Shown here: positions 49,760-62,265 of the stretch, one piece after another
Numbering within the stretch: the stretch's first letter is position 1
How the letters are laid out: the number at the start of each line of letters is the position of its first letter
From: Malacoraja senta
Lineage: Eukaryota
NCBI GenBank assembly: GCA_038087875.1
Contig: CM075985.1
Location: 25,544,001 to 25,608,000, forward strand
Direction of reading: 5' to 3'
Length of the DNA: 64,000 nucleotides
Program-made: the position numbers and the translations under genes
The notes under the pieces: generated by a model
The model's database searches: none
Seen by the model: the letters and a program-made list of their open reading frames with translations, nothing else
Told to the model about the DNA's origin: nothing

Positions 49760-50567
49760 CTAGTGAAAGAAAATAATTATATATTCAAACAAGACAGCCA
49801 TCAGGAAGGAATCAGTTAGAAAACCATCTACAGGAATTAATCAGCTGGCACATTTTATTAAAACATTTTCCATGGTTTAATAACATGTTCTTCCTTCACA
49901 TTAACTTCATCTTAGAAAAAAAGTGAGAGGGCGTACTATGCTGCTAAATTTTTTATCTCTATTATCTATTGGCATATCAATATTTTGCTGCCATCTCAAA
50001 TAATCCTGTGCTCTTGACACATCGATTGCGGATATCCCTGCGCATCGAAACACGTCTTCCATACAATTTATGTTCTTCTTTATGCCATTATTACTAACAG
50101 TATAGTTGCACGATTCATGACAATAATGTAAGCGAAGGTAAAAGAATGGAGCCACAGAGCTGATGTTAGAAATGTTGCCCCATTGTCCAAAGATTAGCTA
50201 ATGTTTACTAAAAGTAGCAATGTTACAAAATTTTGAGATTTTAAAAATCAAGTCTGTAATTTATCCCATCAGATAAAGCATAAAAAGACATTTAATTTGA
50301 CACCTAATTCACTTTCATATCTTCAGTATTAAAAAAGTTATGGCCATTTTCATACTTGTAAATTAGCATCTTGTTCCCTATTGCTTTTCCATTGACTCAA
50401 CACAAAAGCTGTGATCGAGGACAGTCAAAAGCCCATAACTTTCTTAAAAATTAAGAGAACTGAAAGAAATGTTCAGTTATTATAGATTGAGCCACAGAGC
50501 TGATGTTAGAAATGTTGACCCATTATCTAAAGATTAGCCAATGTTTACTGTAAGTGTTTTGACTCAC

Positions 50568-50630
50568 CTGTTGTGGAACTGGTGGTGGACTCAGTTGTAC
50601 CAGTTGTCGAAGATGTTGTTGGTGTTGTTA
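50568..50630 (-). CDS. Mucin PTS micro-exon (63 nt)
   Basis: (I)TTPTTSSTTGTTESTTSSTT; cag/gtgagt. Confidence 0.88.
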
Positions 50631-51089
50631 CTGGAGAGAGAGTACAAACATGTTTACGATTTTAATTGCAAGAGCTGCAGCCACAAAGCGCTCAGCTAAG
50701 GAAGCCAAGAGGAATTGATATGCAGTTTTGAATCTTCAACAGGAATTCCTCAACTGGAACATTTGATGAAAACGATTTGGAGTTGACATGGTAGAATGTG
50801 TGTATGTGTGTGTGTCTCATTTATCATATTATATATTATGATTACATATTCTGTTGTACTGTAGCAAGTAAGAATTTCATTGTTCTATCTGGGACATATG
50901 ACAATAAAACACTCTTGACTCTTGACTGCTACAGTTCTTTGTCTTTGTAATTCAACAGATGAGTATTTCAGCGTCAATTGACCCATTGTCTCATTTCAGT
51001 GCCGCCGTTGACAATCCTTTGCTCTTAATGCACCAATTGTAGATTTCATGGAAGTTCAACCGTGTTTTCCAAAGACTGCATGGTCTACT

Positions 51090-51259
51090 NNNNNNNNNNN
51101 NNNNNNNNNNNNNNNNNNNNNNNNNNNNNNNNNNNNNNNNNNNNNNNNNNNNNNNNNNNNNNNNNNNNNNNNNNNNNNNNNNNNNNNNNNNNNNNNNNNN
51201 NNNNNNNNNNNNNNNNNNNNNNNNNNNNNNNNNNNNNNNNNNNNNNNNNNNNNNNNNNN
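51090..51259. other. Assembly gap
   Basis: Run of N; hides the 5' end of Helitron copy 2. Confidence 1.
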
Positions 51260-52523
51260 AACTCTCATCTTGCTTGTTTGTTTGTTTGTAAGCGTGCGTG
51301 CATGTTCTGGAAACTCCGCCAAAACAGTACAAGATAGAGCTACAAGTTTGGCCCACCTTACTCACCATTGTCCTGCGGTGTGCACTAGCCAAGTTTAGTT
51401 CTGATTAATGTTATATTTTACAAGTTATTGACATTTTTAACGTTTAAAAAATCACTTTTCCGCTTGCCCTGCCCATCAGCCGTGTTCGACATCACAATAA
51501 TGTCACAATGGGATCTTTAAACTTTAAAAATTAACTTTTCCACTTGCGTTGCCCATCAGCTGCATGACTGCGCGTGCTCAGTGGGCCAGGAATCCGTGCG
51601 TGTGGATTTAAAAATAACTGAAAGTCTCCCCGCGCGTCAGCAGTGGGCCCGGTATCCGCGTGTGCGGGATTTGAAATAACCGCGGTGCTGAGGCTGAGGC
51701 TAGGTCTGTGCGTGGCGGCGCTGCTGCTCTGGCCCCTCGGGGAGGGAGAGGAGCGAGACCCAGGTCAAGGACTGGGCCGCAGCCTCGGCCTCCGCCTCCC
51801 CCTCCCCCTCCCCCTGCTGCAAGCTGCTCGGCCCGTCCCCCCGTCAGCCCCCACCTTGAGTACAACTATATCGATGATGTGGTGGAGAAAACAGAGCCGG
51901 CGGTGATTTACATCGAGATCCTAGGGAGGTGAGGAGGGAGAAGAGGGGGTAGGGATGGAGAGGTAGGGAATGGGCGATAGAGGGAGAGGAGGGCAGTGTG
52001 GAAGGTGAGGAGGGTGATTGGGAGGGGTGGGATAGGAGGGAGAGGAGAGGGGAAAGAAGAGAGATGGTGAAGAGGAGGGGGAGGGAGTGGTGGGGAAGAG
52101 GGGGAATGGAAGAGAATAGGGGTAGGAAGAGGGATGGTGAGGTAATGGAGGAGGGGAGGGGGAAGAGAGAGGAGGGGAGGGGGGTGAGTGGAGGAAGCAG
52201 AGGAGATTTGTTTGAATGTGGGGAGAGGGACGATGATGGAGGAGGGGAATAGGGGACTGAAGAGGGAGAGTGAGATGCGTTCACATTGATCTTATATTTT
52301 ACATTATTGACATTTAAAACTTTTAAAATGTCGCAGTCGCGGCCTCCCACTTGCCGGCTGCGCCGGCGCAGTTGGGTGAGGGTTGCCGTGACTCGCGTCA
52401 CAAAGGGGATCTCTGGCGTCAAAACGGGAACATGTCAGCCACGTCTGTGCAGTTGGGGGCTATGGGTGAGTGGTGGAATATTGTGTCGGGGGAACGGGCT
52501 CAACGGGTCCACACTTGGTCTAG
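51260..52523 (+). mobile_element. Non-autonomous Helitron carrying an HTRA2 fragment (copy 2; 5' end in the gap)
   Basis: Ends gggctcaacgggtccacacttggtCTAG|T; collinear with 33625-34912. Confidence 0.85.
51685..51928 (+). pseudogene. HTRA2: Captured HTRA2 exon-1 fragment, frameshifted, donor retained
   Basis: [11 protein letters not shown]...LQAARPVPP / [28 protein letters not shown] followed by gtgagg. Confidence 0.85.
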
Positions 52524-53146
52524 TTATTACAAATAGTGTGTGATGTGTTTGCACACAATCAGCATTTGTGTTCCATTTGTCCAAATGTACCACAACCTCA
52601 CTTGTGCAAAATATGCTGATTCTAATCATGCTTTAACTTGGTATTGCTGAATATCCGAAGAAACTGAGAAACAGAAGATAACAGTTGGACACAAAGGGCT
52701 GAACAAGGAACTGCAAATGCTGGGTTACACAAAATGACCCAAAGTGCTGAAGAAATCAGCACGTCAGGCAGCATCACTGGAGAAAGTGGATAGGTGATGT
52801 TGCAGGTCAGGAATCTTCTACAGCTTGGAGAAGGAGCCGATCCTAAATAATATATATCCATGTTCTCCCTAGAGGCAGCCTGACTCGCTGATTACCTCAG
52901 CACTTTGTGTCATTTTGTGTCAGCTAGCATTTGCGGTTCCTTGCCTCTGTTACTCCACAATTCCTAAGCTTTTTGAAGATTACTTTATAACTTGGTATAA
53001 ATGGATTGAGCCAAACATTGAAATCTTGACATATATATTTTCACCTTGTACATCAATAATGTAAGCAAAGAAGCAAGAAGTGGAAAGAGCTGCTGTTAGA
53101 AATGTTGACCGTGTTGTTTTTACTCTTTCGTGGAAATATAACTTAC

Positions 53147-53253
53147 TACTACATGAAGGAACACATTGTGACGCATCTTCAGATAGCATCAATCCCTCTG
53201 GACAGAAGCAACCTTCAGTAGGTTCAGAGAACACTTCTCCAGTTCTCATAAAA
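53147..53253 (-). CDS. Mucin exon, TIL second half (module 2)
   Basis: FMRTGEVFSEPTEGCFCPEGLMLSEDASQCVPSCS; 107 nt; ends in phase 1. Confidence 0.9.
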
Positions 53254-53411
53254 CTGTAAATACATATCGTTATCTGTTATGCTACTCAATATTATAGCAA
53301 CGAAGGACATCTAATATTACAAAAAAAATTATCAATACTTATATTTCAAACTAGGAAGACAATTAGTATGAAAACATTTTGAATAACAGAAAATATTATC
53401 AAAATACTTAC

Positions 53412-53481
53412 TTGTCTGTACAATAATTGTGATTGTTGGTGGCACAGGGTCTATAAATGAAACCATTTGGACAGGTGTAGC
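53412..53481 (-). CDS. Mucin exon, TIL first half (module 2)
   Basis: YTCPNGFIYRPCATNNHNYCTD; 70 nt. Confidence 0.9.
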
Positions 53482-54690
53482 CTGAAAAGAAAGAAAGAAA
53501 TAATGTTAGGCACAAAGACACAAATCTTAATCCAGATATCTACATGTCTGTAGTGCCGGCCTGGGTGATTTAATATAAGTTCAGTGTGAAATAACACAAT
53601 TACCACAGAATATTGGTGTTACAACTGAAAAAACATTGGGGATACATTTGGATTTGATTATCAGACCTTAATGGATGCAGGAGTATCAGGCAATGTCCCA
53701 TCTCTGTTCATTCAGTTCCACTGATATCCATTAGGCATGGGCAAGGACAATTAGTGGACAGTGGCTGGATTCTCATTTATCACAGGTGATCAAAATAAAT
53801 TTCCCTGATTACTGGATTCAAAGCTGTGCAGCTTTTTTTTTATCACACTAGAGGTGCAAAACAAAAAAAACTTCCATTCTTCAGGCAAGTCATTGTCTGA
53901 TTTATTGCTTATGATTGGTCTGGTTGTCACAGATCTCTATTTCCTGTAAGTAAGATTATATATCTCGGCATTAACTCTCCAACGCTAACATTTTTTTTTC
54001 ATAGTGTTAATGTAACACAGCACAAATAACATAATACTCTTTATTCCTAATTATAAAGATTTATTAGGGCAAATTTTCTTCCTTACTATAGAAAAATAAT
54101 GCCGTACTTGCTTAACATAGAGGTGAAAGATAGAAAGAAATGCAGTGAGAGGGGGAGGTAGAAACAATACAAGTTCAATCCTGTATTTTCCTCTCTCCAC
54201 TTGGCAATTGAAGGATTTGCCAACCACCTCCTTAATTCCTCAGATTTTTGTTGTGTGGATAGGCCATCAGGAGTTTGCTGTGATCTTGCCACTCTCCATT
54301 ATTTGGTTTTGGATACGCCCATAAGATCTCATAAGGCCCCACAGGTGGTGTGTACCAAATGTATGGGTTAAGCACTGAACTGAATTCCTACGTTTTCCAA
54401 ATTTGGAACGCATTATGGAAAACCAAAGTGTCAAGGCAAAATTTTGGCATAAAATGAGGAAGAGGGTGAGAGAAAATCAAATAATTGTCTATGGAATTCG
54501 CTCATGTAGAAATAATAGTAAATTATTTGGAACCATGCTTATTTTTTTGGCAACTGAAATAATTCTGACAATTTGTAAAGAAAGAATTGATTTAAACCCA
54601 CCAGTTCTGAACTTTGTATATTAGTCTGAAATTATTTTTACATTGATAATTTAATCCTTAAGTGTAACTCCACAGTTCCACAATACTCAC

Positions 54691-54866
54691 TGCATGATCC
54701 ATTTGTAGATTGCCTCCAGTCAACACATAATCCAAGTGCATTACATCTCAAGGCAGCTGCTTCCAGGCTGGAACATTCTTCATTTGTTGCGTTCCAACAG
54801 TTGTCATCCCGACATGCCTCGAAATAGTGAGAAAGTGAATTGAGGCTTCTGCAACTTTTGAATGAA
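54691..54866 (-). CDS. Mucin exon, C8 (module 2)
   Basis: SFKSCRSLNSLSHYFEACRDDNC...LCVDWRQSTNGSC; 176 nt. Confidence 0.92.
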
Positions 54867-56061
54867 CTGTATAATATAGACATAAAATAAGTTGTTAGTT
54901 ACACAAAAGCAAAATCATTTTCTGTTGAATAAAAATCCGCAGTGATGAAAAATGTATTGTGTGAGGAACTGGTGTAAAATAGATCTTGTGCCTTTTTTCA
55001 AGCACAAGGTTATATTTAAAAGGATTAATGTTTGTTGTAAAAATTCTGAACAAATGTAAAATGATTTAAAATCACAAGTATTGTTTCATTTGTTTCAGGT
55101 ATAGCTCATTTGTTAATATTCCTACTCAAAAGCCAAATTGGAGTTACTCAAATCTATCCCAGAAATTCAAGGTTTGAACTGCTCTTCGTTACTGAGGATT
55201 ACTGGGCTTTGTCGGTGGTACTTTTTGAATGAGATGAAATATTATGTTCATTTAAATGGAAAAAAAATAATGGGAATGATACTAGTTTCAGGGAAGGCTG
55301 CTACATTCTCCCCTATGTCCATATTATTTCTTTATCCAACATCGCAGTGTAAAACTTGGCTGATAAAGCTTTTAATAGCTAATAGAGCTTTTAAACTTAC
55401 AATTTCCCATTGCGAATTCTCATCAATTACCTACAAAGGAATCTTCTGAGTTTTAATAATGGTAGGCTAAATTTGAAATAATTTGGTATATGTTTATCAA
55501 AGGTACTGTAGGGTCATCACCCAACCTTTCAATTACAGCCAATTAAAAACACGTAACCTTTCAATTACAGCCAATTAAAAACAAATTAAGATTTTGATTA
55601 AACATTTTCTTTCAAATGCATTGTGACTGGTGCTGGATTAAATATGACAACAGCACAACAGAACAAAAATATTTCATTTTGTTGTGCTTTGCAACAGTAA
55701 AGCTTAAGTAAATATTTTGCAGATGAACTTTGTATCAGTTATAATATTAAAGTTTTCTTCAGCCTATCTTTTCAGGAATCCTGAGCCATTTTGTATAATT
55801 TTCTTATAGGAAACATTGCCACACGAAAATTGGGATGGCTGGCACATTTTGACCTTATCCAAGCAGGACAGTAATGATTGATGGATAATTTATGCAGAAA
55901 ATCAGAAACCAGGCCAGTTGATAAAATGTAAAGTTGCCCATCACAAATGAATTTGATGAAGAGTTAAGTTAGAAAATATTTGCTATATATTTTAAAACAT
56001 GAAATAAGTAATTTTAAAAATAAATCTTTGATGTCAAGGTATTACATAAAATATTACATAC

Positions 56062-56272
56062 TTTCCGAATATAGCTTCACACATAGGCGTCTCATATTCA
56101 CATGTTGGAGGAGTAGTTGGTGGACTGCAAGGCAGATATGTAGGTAGATCTGTGCAATGTATTTTATTTGTATAAGACGTTTTCCACTCATGAGCTGTTT
56201 CAGAACAACAGTCAGTGGGCTCTATTTCCCCATTCTTTCTCTTGCAGTCATCGTTGTTTGTAGAAATAGAAC
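56062..56272 (-). CDS. Mucin exon, VWD end and linker (module 2)
   Basis: SISTNNDDCKRKNGE...PCSPPTTPPTCEYETPMCEAIFG; 211 nt. Confidence 0.92.
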
Positions 56273-57484
56273 CTATGAAATGGAAATAATTTGCATTAAT
56301 TAAAACAAATCCTTTGACATTAAAAAAATTAAGTGTTTTTTTTGACAAATGAATGAATTAATCATTCAATAAATCAATAATTCAATGATTTATTGAAACG
56401 TTGTCACATCTACCGAGGTGCTGTGAAATGCTTTGTTTTGCATGCAACCTTGTGTCGTCACATTTTGGCATGAGGCAGCGGGTCTCCCCTCCCCACCGGG
56501 TACCCCTTCTCGGCAGCACCCTCCCTCCCTGCCGGGTCCCCCCTTTTTTATCCCCCATTACCCCCCTCCCCCCACCGCCAGGTAGCTCTCAATGGTCCCC
56601 TTGCTTTCCGATGACCTTCCTCGCTCTATGGCAGAGCCTTAGTGAACTGATGGCATTTACATTTGTAAATGTGAAGAAATGTGCCATATATCCAAATATG
56701 CAAGTCCCAAACTTCTTGACAGATTCTTGACTGTATGCATACATTTTGTGCTCTTACACTAAGAAATTAAACTGCACTTATGCTATGGAATTTGCTCTTT
56801 GATCATGCAACAGATTAAAGTTGTGTTGCAGGGAAGAAAAAGTTAGCTACCATTCTTAAATTATCAATGTATAGATTTGTTACTTTAGCAATATTTTGAA
56901 GTGCTTTTTGAACTTTTTAAAAATTCAGTCCTTTTTTCATTTTTAGAAAAATGTTTTTAGATTCCAATATTTGACTGTTTCGATAGACAGCAAAGATGGA
57001 CGCATAGCAATCTCATCTATCTGCAGCAGTTTCATCAATTTGCCTCGTCCTGACCCACCATAAGACAAGGTAACATTGGGTCTCACTGATCAGGTCTGAA
57101 AAATCCTTGAATGGCCTTACAGATTCAAACTATCTTGGTGCATCTTGGCGCCAATGACGGTTGTTGGCTCTCACTTAGCAAAATGTAAGCTAATATTTTA
57201 CATCTTGATCTTTGTTTACAATGGCCATGCAGGCCATATGTACAAAAATATCAAGGTTTATGAAGCTCTAAGGAAGGAATATAGGGAAAAAAGTAAAAAC
57301 ATAGAGTACACCATGTTTATGTTAGCTTATACGTATGTGTCATAAATAGGCCATTGTGTCACTTCTTTGCTAGAGCAATACAAAAATGAGTGCATTACCC
57401 TGTACTCTCGCCAAGCTTAACCAGTTAAAATGGTACTCTCATTGATTATGTTTATATTCTTATTAACAACATCCGATCTCATAC

Positions 57485-57668
57485 CACATTGTCCTTGTAG
57501 TTTATCCTTGAAAAAGAATTCTGATAATTTAATTCTGAACTGTTTTCGGTTTGCTGTAATGACGGTTCGAAGGGCAGGAATATGAACACGTATATGGGAA
57601 CACCGTTTTGAAATGGTAAATCCTTCTGCAGAAAAAGGTAGACTGACAGATTCTCCATTGACTTTCAC
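57485..57668 (-). CDS. Mucin exon, VWD middle (module 2)
   Basis: VKVNGESVSLPF...LQGQC; 184 nt. Confidence 0.92.
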
Positions 57669-58157
57669 CTGCCAAGAATAGATGGAAACATGTTGAAAAT
57701 CATTTGAAACCTCTACATGAGAAAATTATTATCACATTATGTCAAATAAATTATAATTATAACTTTATAGTCAGTATTCTGGAAGAAAATATGATGGCCT
57801 CAGTTATACATGGGGCCAGTTTTTGTTGAGTATAGTTTGGAAGAAGTTTAAGACAAACTTACTGCAGCAAAAATAAAACCCTCTAAGTTTAACTTATGGA
57901 CCTGATTTTAAAGTTGCAAGCAGACATTTCTGTAGGAATCCATTATAACTGTTCTTAAAAAATGAATGGCTGACAATTTGTCATTTGTGAGTCAGTTTGA
58001 CTCAGACCTCTGCACATGCTCTGCTAAGTGTACAAGTGCATGTCAAGTGGAAGGAAAGGTGCTAGCAGATCTTATCTCTTACTCAGTCAATGGACTTCCT
58101 AAAAGGTTGAGCAAAATAGTGTTGTTGTGCTGTAAGGAGGGACTCGATACACTTTGC

Positions 58158-60305
58158 AGTAGAACAGTAGAGTACAGGGACAGACCCTTCAGCTCACAAT
58201 GTCTGGGCTGAACATTGTGCCAAGTTAAACTAATCTGCACGTGATCCATATCCCTCTATTGCCTGCATATTCATGTGCCTATCCAAAGCCTCTTAAACAA
58301 CACTAACGTATCTGCCTTCATCACCATCCCTGGCAGCTGGTCTCAGGTACCCATCACTCTCATTGTAATAAAACTTGTCCCGCACATCTCCTTTAAACTT
58401 CAAACCTCTCGTCTTAAAGCTATGCCCTTAAGCCTTAAAATTTTCATCCTTAGGGAAAAAAGATTATGACTGTCTACCACATATACGCCTGTCATAATTT
58501 TACATGCTTTAAGATCTCTTTTCAGCTCTGTCCCTCCAGAGAAAACAATCTGTTTGTCCAACCTCGCTTTATGGCAAATACCTTCTAATCAAGGCAGCAT
58601 TTTGGTAAACCTCTTCAAAGCCTCACGTCCTTCCTCTATGTGCAGACCAGAGTTGCACACAATACTCCAAATGCAGTATAACCAAAATCCTGTAAAGTTG
58701 TAACATGACTTCACAACTCTTAAACTCAGTGCCCCAACTGATGAAGGCAAGAATACCGTATGCCTTCTTTACCACTCTATCTACTTGTGTTACCAATTTC
58801 AGGGATCTATGGGCTTGGACCCCAAGATCCCATGTATATCAATGCTGTTAAGATCTTTCCATTAATTAATATTTTTCCCTTACATGTGACATTCCAAAGT
58901 GCAACACTTCACATTTGCTCAGATTAAACACCATCTGTCATTTCTCTGCCCATTTCTGCAGCTGACCTATATCCTGCCGTATACTTTGACAGCCTTCCTC
59001 ACCGTCCGAGTCTCCAGAAACGCTGGTGTCGTCTGCAAACTTACTCATTAATCTGTCTACATTAACTTTCAAATCATTTATCTATCCCAGCCTAAGAGCC
59101 TGTCCTTATAACTCAAACCCAAGTTTTATGAGGAGGTAACAATGATCGAAGAGGGTAGGGTTATGAATGTTGTCTACATGGATTTTAGTAAAGCCTTTGA
59201 TAAAGTCTCCCACAATTATTGATTTAGAAGATTAAGATTAATGGGCTTCATAATGGTTGATTTAGAAGATTAAGATGACTGGCTTCATCTTGACTTGGTT
59301 ATATGGATTCAGAAATGGCATACGAATAGAAGAGAGAGGATTTTGGTAAAAGGACATAATTCAGGCTAGATGTCTTTGACTAGTGAAGATTTGCAGGGAT
59401 CCTTACTGAGACCTGTGTTGTTTGTGATATAAACAAATGACTTGGACATAGATGTCGATGGCTTAGTTTGTAAGTGAGCAGGCAACATCAAGAATGCTGG
59501 AGTTGCAAACTGTGAGGAAAGCTGTCAAAGTATATGGTGGAATATCAATCAGCTACAGAAATGGACAGAGAAATTGTAATTGCAGTTTAATCTCAGCATG
59601 TGTAAGATGTTGCTCTTTGGATGTCGAATGTATGGCGGTATATGGTTGATGGCAAAACCTTTAACAATATGATGTGCAGAGGGATCCTGGATTCCGAGAC
59701 CATAGCTCGAAAGTGTGGCAAAGAAGGCATATGGTGTGCTTGCCTTCATTGGTAGGGAATTTGAGTGTAAGAGTCAGGAAGTCATGATGCACCTTTATAG
59801 GACGTTGGTTAGGCCCCATTTGGAGCATTGTGTACAATTCTGATTGCGACATTACTTGAAAGATGTGGATGCTTTTGAGAGGAAGCAGAGGACTATTACC
59901 ATAAAGTTGTGCGGATTGGAGAATATTAGTTATAAACAGAGGTTGGATAAACTTGGATTGTTTTCTCTGCAGCATTAGAAGCTGAGGGGAGATCTGAAAC
60001 AAATATATAAAATTATGACAGGGATAGATGTGGTAGACAGTCAGAACTTTTAACCCAGTGTGGGAATGCCAAAGACTAGGTGGCATAGTTTTAATGTGAA
60101 AGGGGCAAAGATTAAAGAAGATGTGCAGGAGATGTATTTTCATATAGAAGGTGCTGGATGACTAGAATGTGCTGCCAAGGGTGGTGTGGTGAAAGATAAG
60201 AAGCTTTTAGATAGTTAAATTGATCAGCAGGGAATGGAGGGGTACGGATTATGTGCAGAGGAGGTTACTTTAGCTTGGCATCATGTTCAGCACAGATGTT
60301 ATGGG
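58158..60305. mobile_element. Duplicated opposite-orientation CR1 pair
   Basis: Paralog of 23745-25865. Confidence 0.8.
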
Positions 60306-60612
60306 TCGAATTGTATTTGGATGATTGCAAATTGATGGGGATAGGGTGGGGGTGTGATCCAGTTGACGGAATGCAGACGAGTGGAAAATAATTAGCAAAA
60401 CAATGGATGGCTGAAAAGACCAAGACGTCTGGAGAAGTCTGGAGGGAAAATTCAGGTCGGAAATACAAACAGAAGTTCAGGGAACGTATTTGATGATATT
60501 GTTAAGGAGATTTGAGAGTACTCAGGAAAAATTTCAGCGCGGAGCTTAAACGATTGATGGGATCAGGCAGGTAATATTCATAGTGAATGTACATACATAT
60601 ATTAGTACTTAC

Positions 60613-60842
60613 ATCATTTTGCCATGGTGATACATGTATGGTGGTTCCATTGTAAATAATAATTATTGATTTCTCACAGGATTTATATGCTGATGGAGGA
60701 CAATTCTGATTATCAAGGATCACAGAAAAATTGTATGTTGGGTTAATTTCTTCCACAAGAACGTATGAACAATCTTCAATGAACTTGTAGAATACACCGT
60801 TGAAGGTACGATAATGTTTTCTTCCCCATACTTGGCATTCAG
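60613..60842 (-). CDS. Mucin exon, VWD start (module 2)
   Basis: (S)ECQVWGRKHYRTFNGVFYKFIEDCSYVL...WQND; 230 nt. Confidence 0.92.
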
Positions 60843-60967
60843 CTAAAATTTAAAACAGATATTGATTTTTAGAATCCAATTGAAAAAGCAATGGAATTGC
60901 TTGTAATTAAATTTTTCTATTTGAAATTTAATGAGAAAGTAAGATGAATAGTTAAAAACATAGTTAC

Positions 60968-61139
60968 ATTGACAATCCCATTCTGAACAGCAGCCATCTT
61001 CAGTTTCGACTCTGGTAGGTTTTAACCCACTGTAACATTGTGGCTTTGGAGTTAGTTCACAGGAAACATGTTCAATTTTGTATGTTTCTGCATAAACGCA
61101 AGTGTGGGTCGCACAATTTTCAATCCATGTTTCGTTGCA
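60968..61139 (-). CDS. Mucin exon, D4N/VWC-like (module 2)
   Basis: CNETWIENCATHTC...GCCSEWDCQ; 172 nt; donor gtaact. Confidence 0.92.
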
Positions 61140-61962
61140 CTAGAAAATAATGTAAAACAAATGAATGCATCTTTAAATTTGTAATTTAGTTTGACTGTTT
61201 TGAAATAGTATTCATGTAAATGTGTTTGAGGGATATATTTTTTTGATTGGTTGAATTAAATTGCTCTAATACAACAATTCAAAGAAGTTGAAGTAGTTAT
61301 GTTTCTGTAAGGTTCTGTTTAATAATGTAATTAGTGGAAACCAGCATTTTAATATTTCGATTTAAATGAATGTAATAATCAGAGGGCCGATTTTCAGACC
61401 CATAAACATAATCTATTATAATCCTGTTTTTATTTGTGTCCACTATTGGATGAATGGGACATAAAAGTGAATTCATCAAATGCAATCCATTGAATAGCAC
61501 CATTATGATAACTGATGATGTGTGGGATCAAAAACTGACGAGTGATTTCTAGAACAAATGTGCCTGGCCCACGGTGAACCTTTGGATTGTCTTCCTTTGG
61601 AGCTGTGGAGGAGCATTATTGACTAAAACGGAGTTCATATTATTAATTTAGCCTTTGGTGTCTTTTGGCAACCAAATCAAAATAATCACAATTAATAATT
61701 TAGTTGTTATATTTATTTCAACACACTCATGAATTACATATAAGGAAGCAATGGACCATGCTTTGTTCCAAATATAATTGCAGAAAAGAAGATTACTTGT
61801 ATCTTTAGTCACTAAAAGGTATGTTGATAAAATCTTTGTTGGTTCTGGCCAAACCAAAAGACAAGAACTTTGAAAAGTTGTACAGAGGTTTTGTCAGCAA
61901 TTGAGCTAATACAGGCAGATGATTCAGATCATAAATAGCAGACTAACTTTGAAGCTAGCAGT

Positions 61963-62265
61963 TTTTAGTTTAGTTTAGTGATACAGCGCGGAAACAGGCC
62001 ATTTGGCCCACTGGGTCCGCACTGACCAGCGATCCCCGCATATTAACAATATCCTACACCCATTAGGGACAATTTTTACTTTTACCGAGCCAATTAACCT
62101 GCAAACCTTTGGAGTGTGGGAGGAAGCTGAAGATCTCGGAGAAAACCCATGCAGGTCACGGGGAGAACGTGTAAACTCCGTACTGAGAGCACCCGTAGTC
62201 TGGATCGAACCCGGGTCTTTGGCGCTGCATTTGCTGTAAGGCAGGAACTCTACTGCTGTGCCACC
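61963..62265 (-). mobile_element. tRNA-derived SINE (paralog of the one at 27525)
   Basis: Same head, core and tail. Confidence 0.82.

Larger units (their letters stand above)
10453..61139 (-). other. Gel-forming mucin gene (MUC2/MUC5-like), 3' part, 43 exons in window, 5' end outside the window
   Basis: All exons are GT-AG bounded and phase-compatible, giving a 1441-aa frame: D4N-VWD-C8-TIL, PTS, CysD, D4N-VWD-C8-TIL, VWC, CTCK. Confidence 0.92.
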
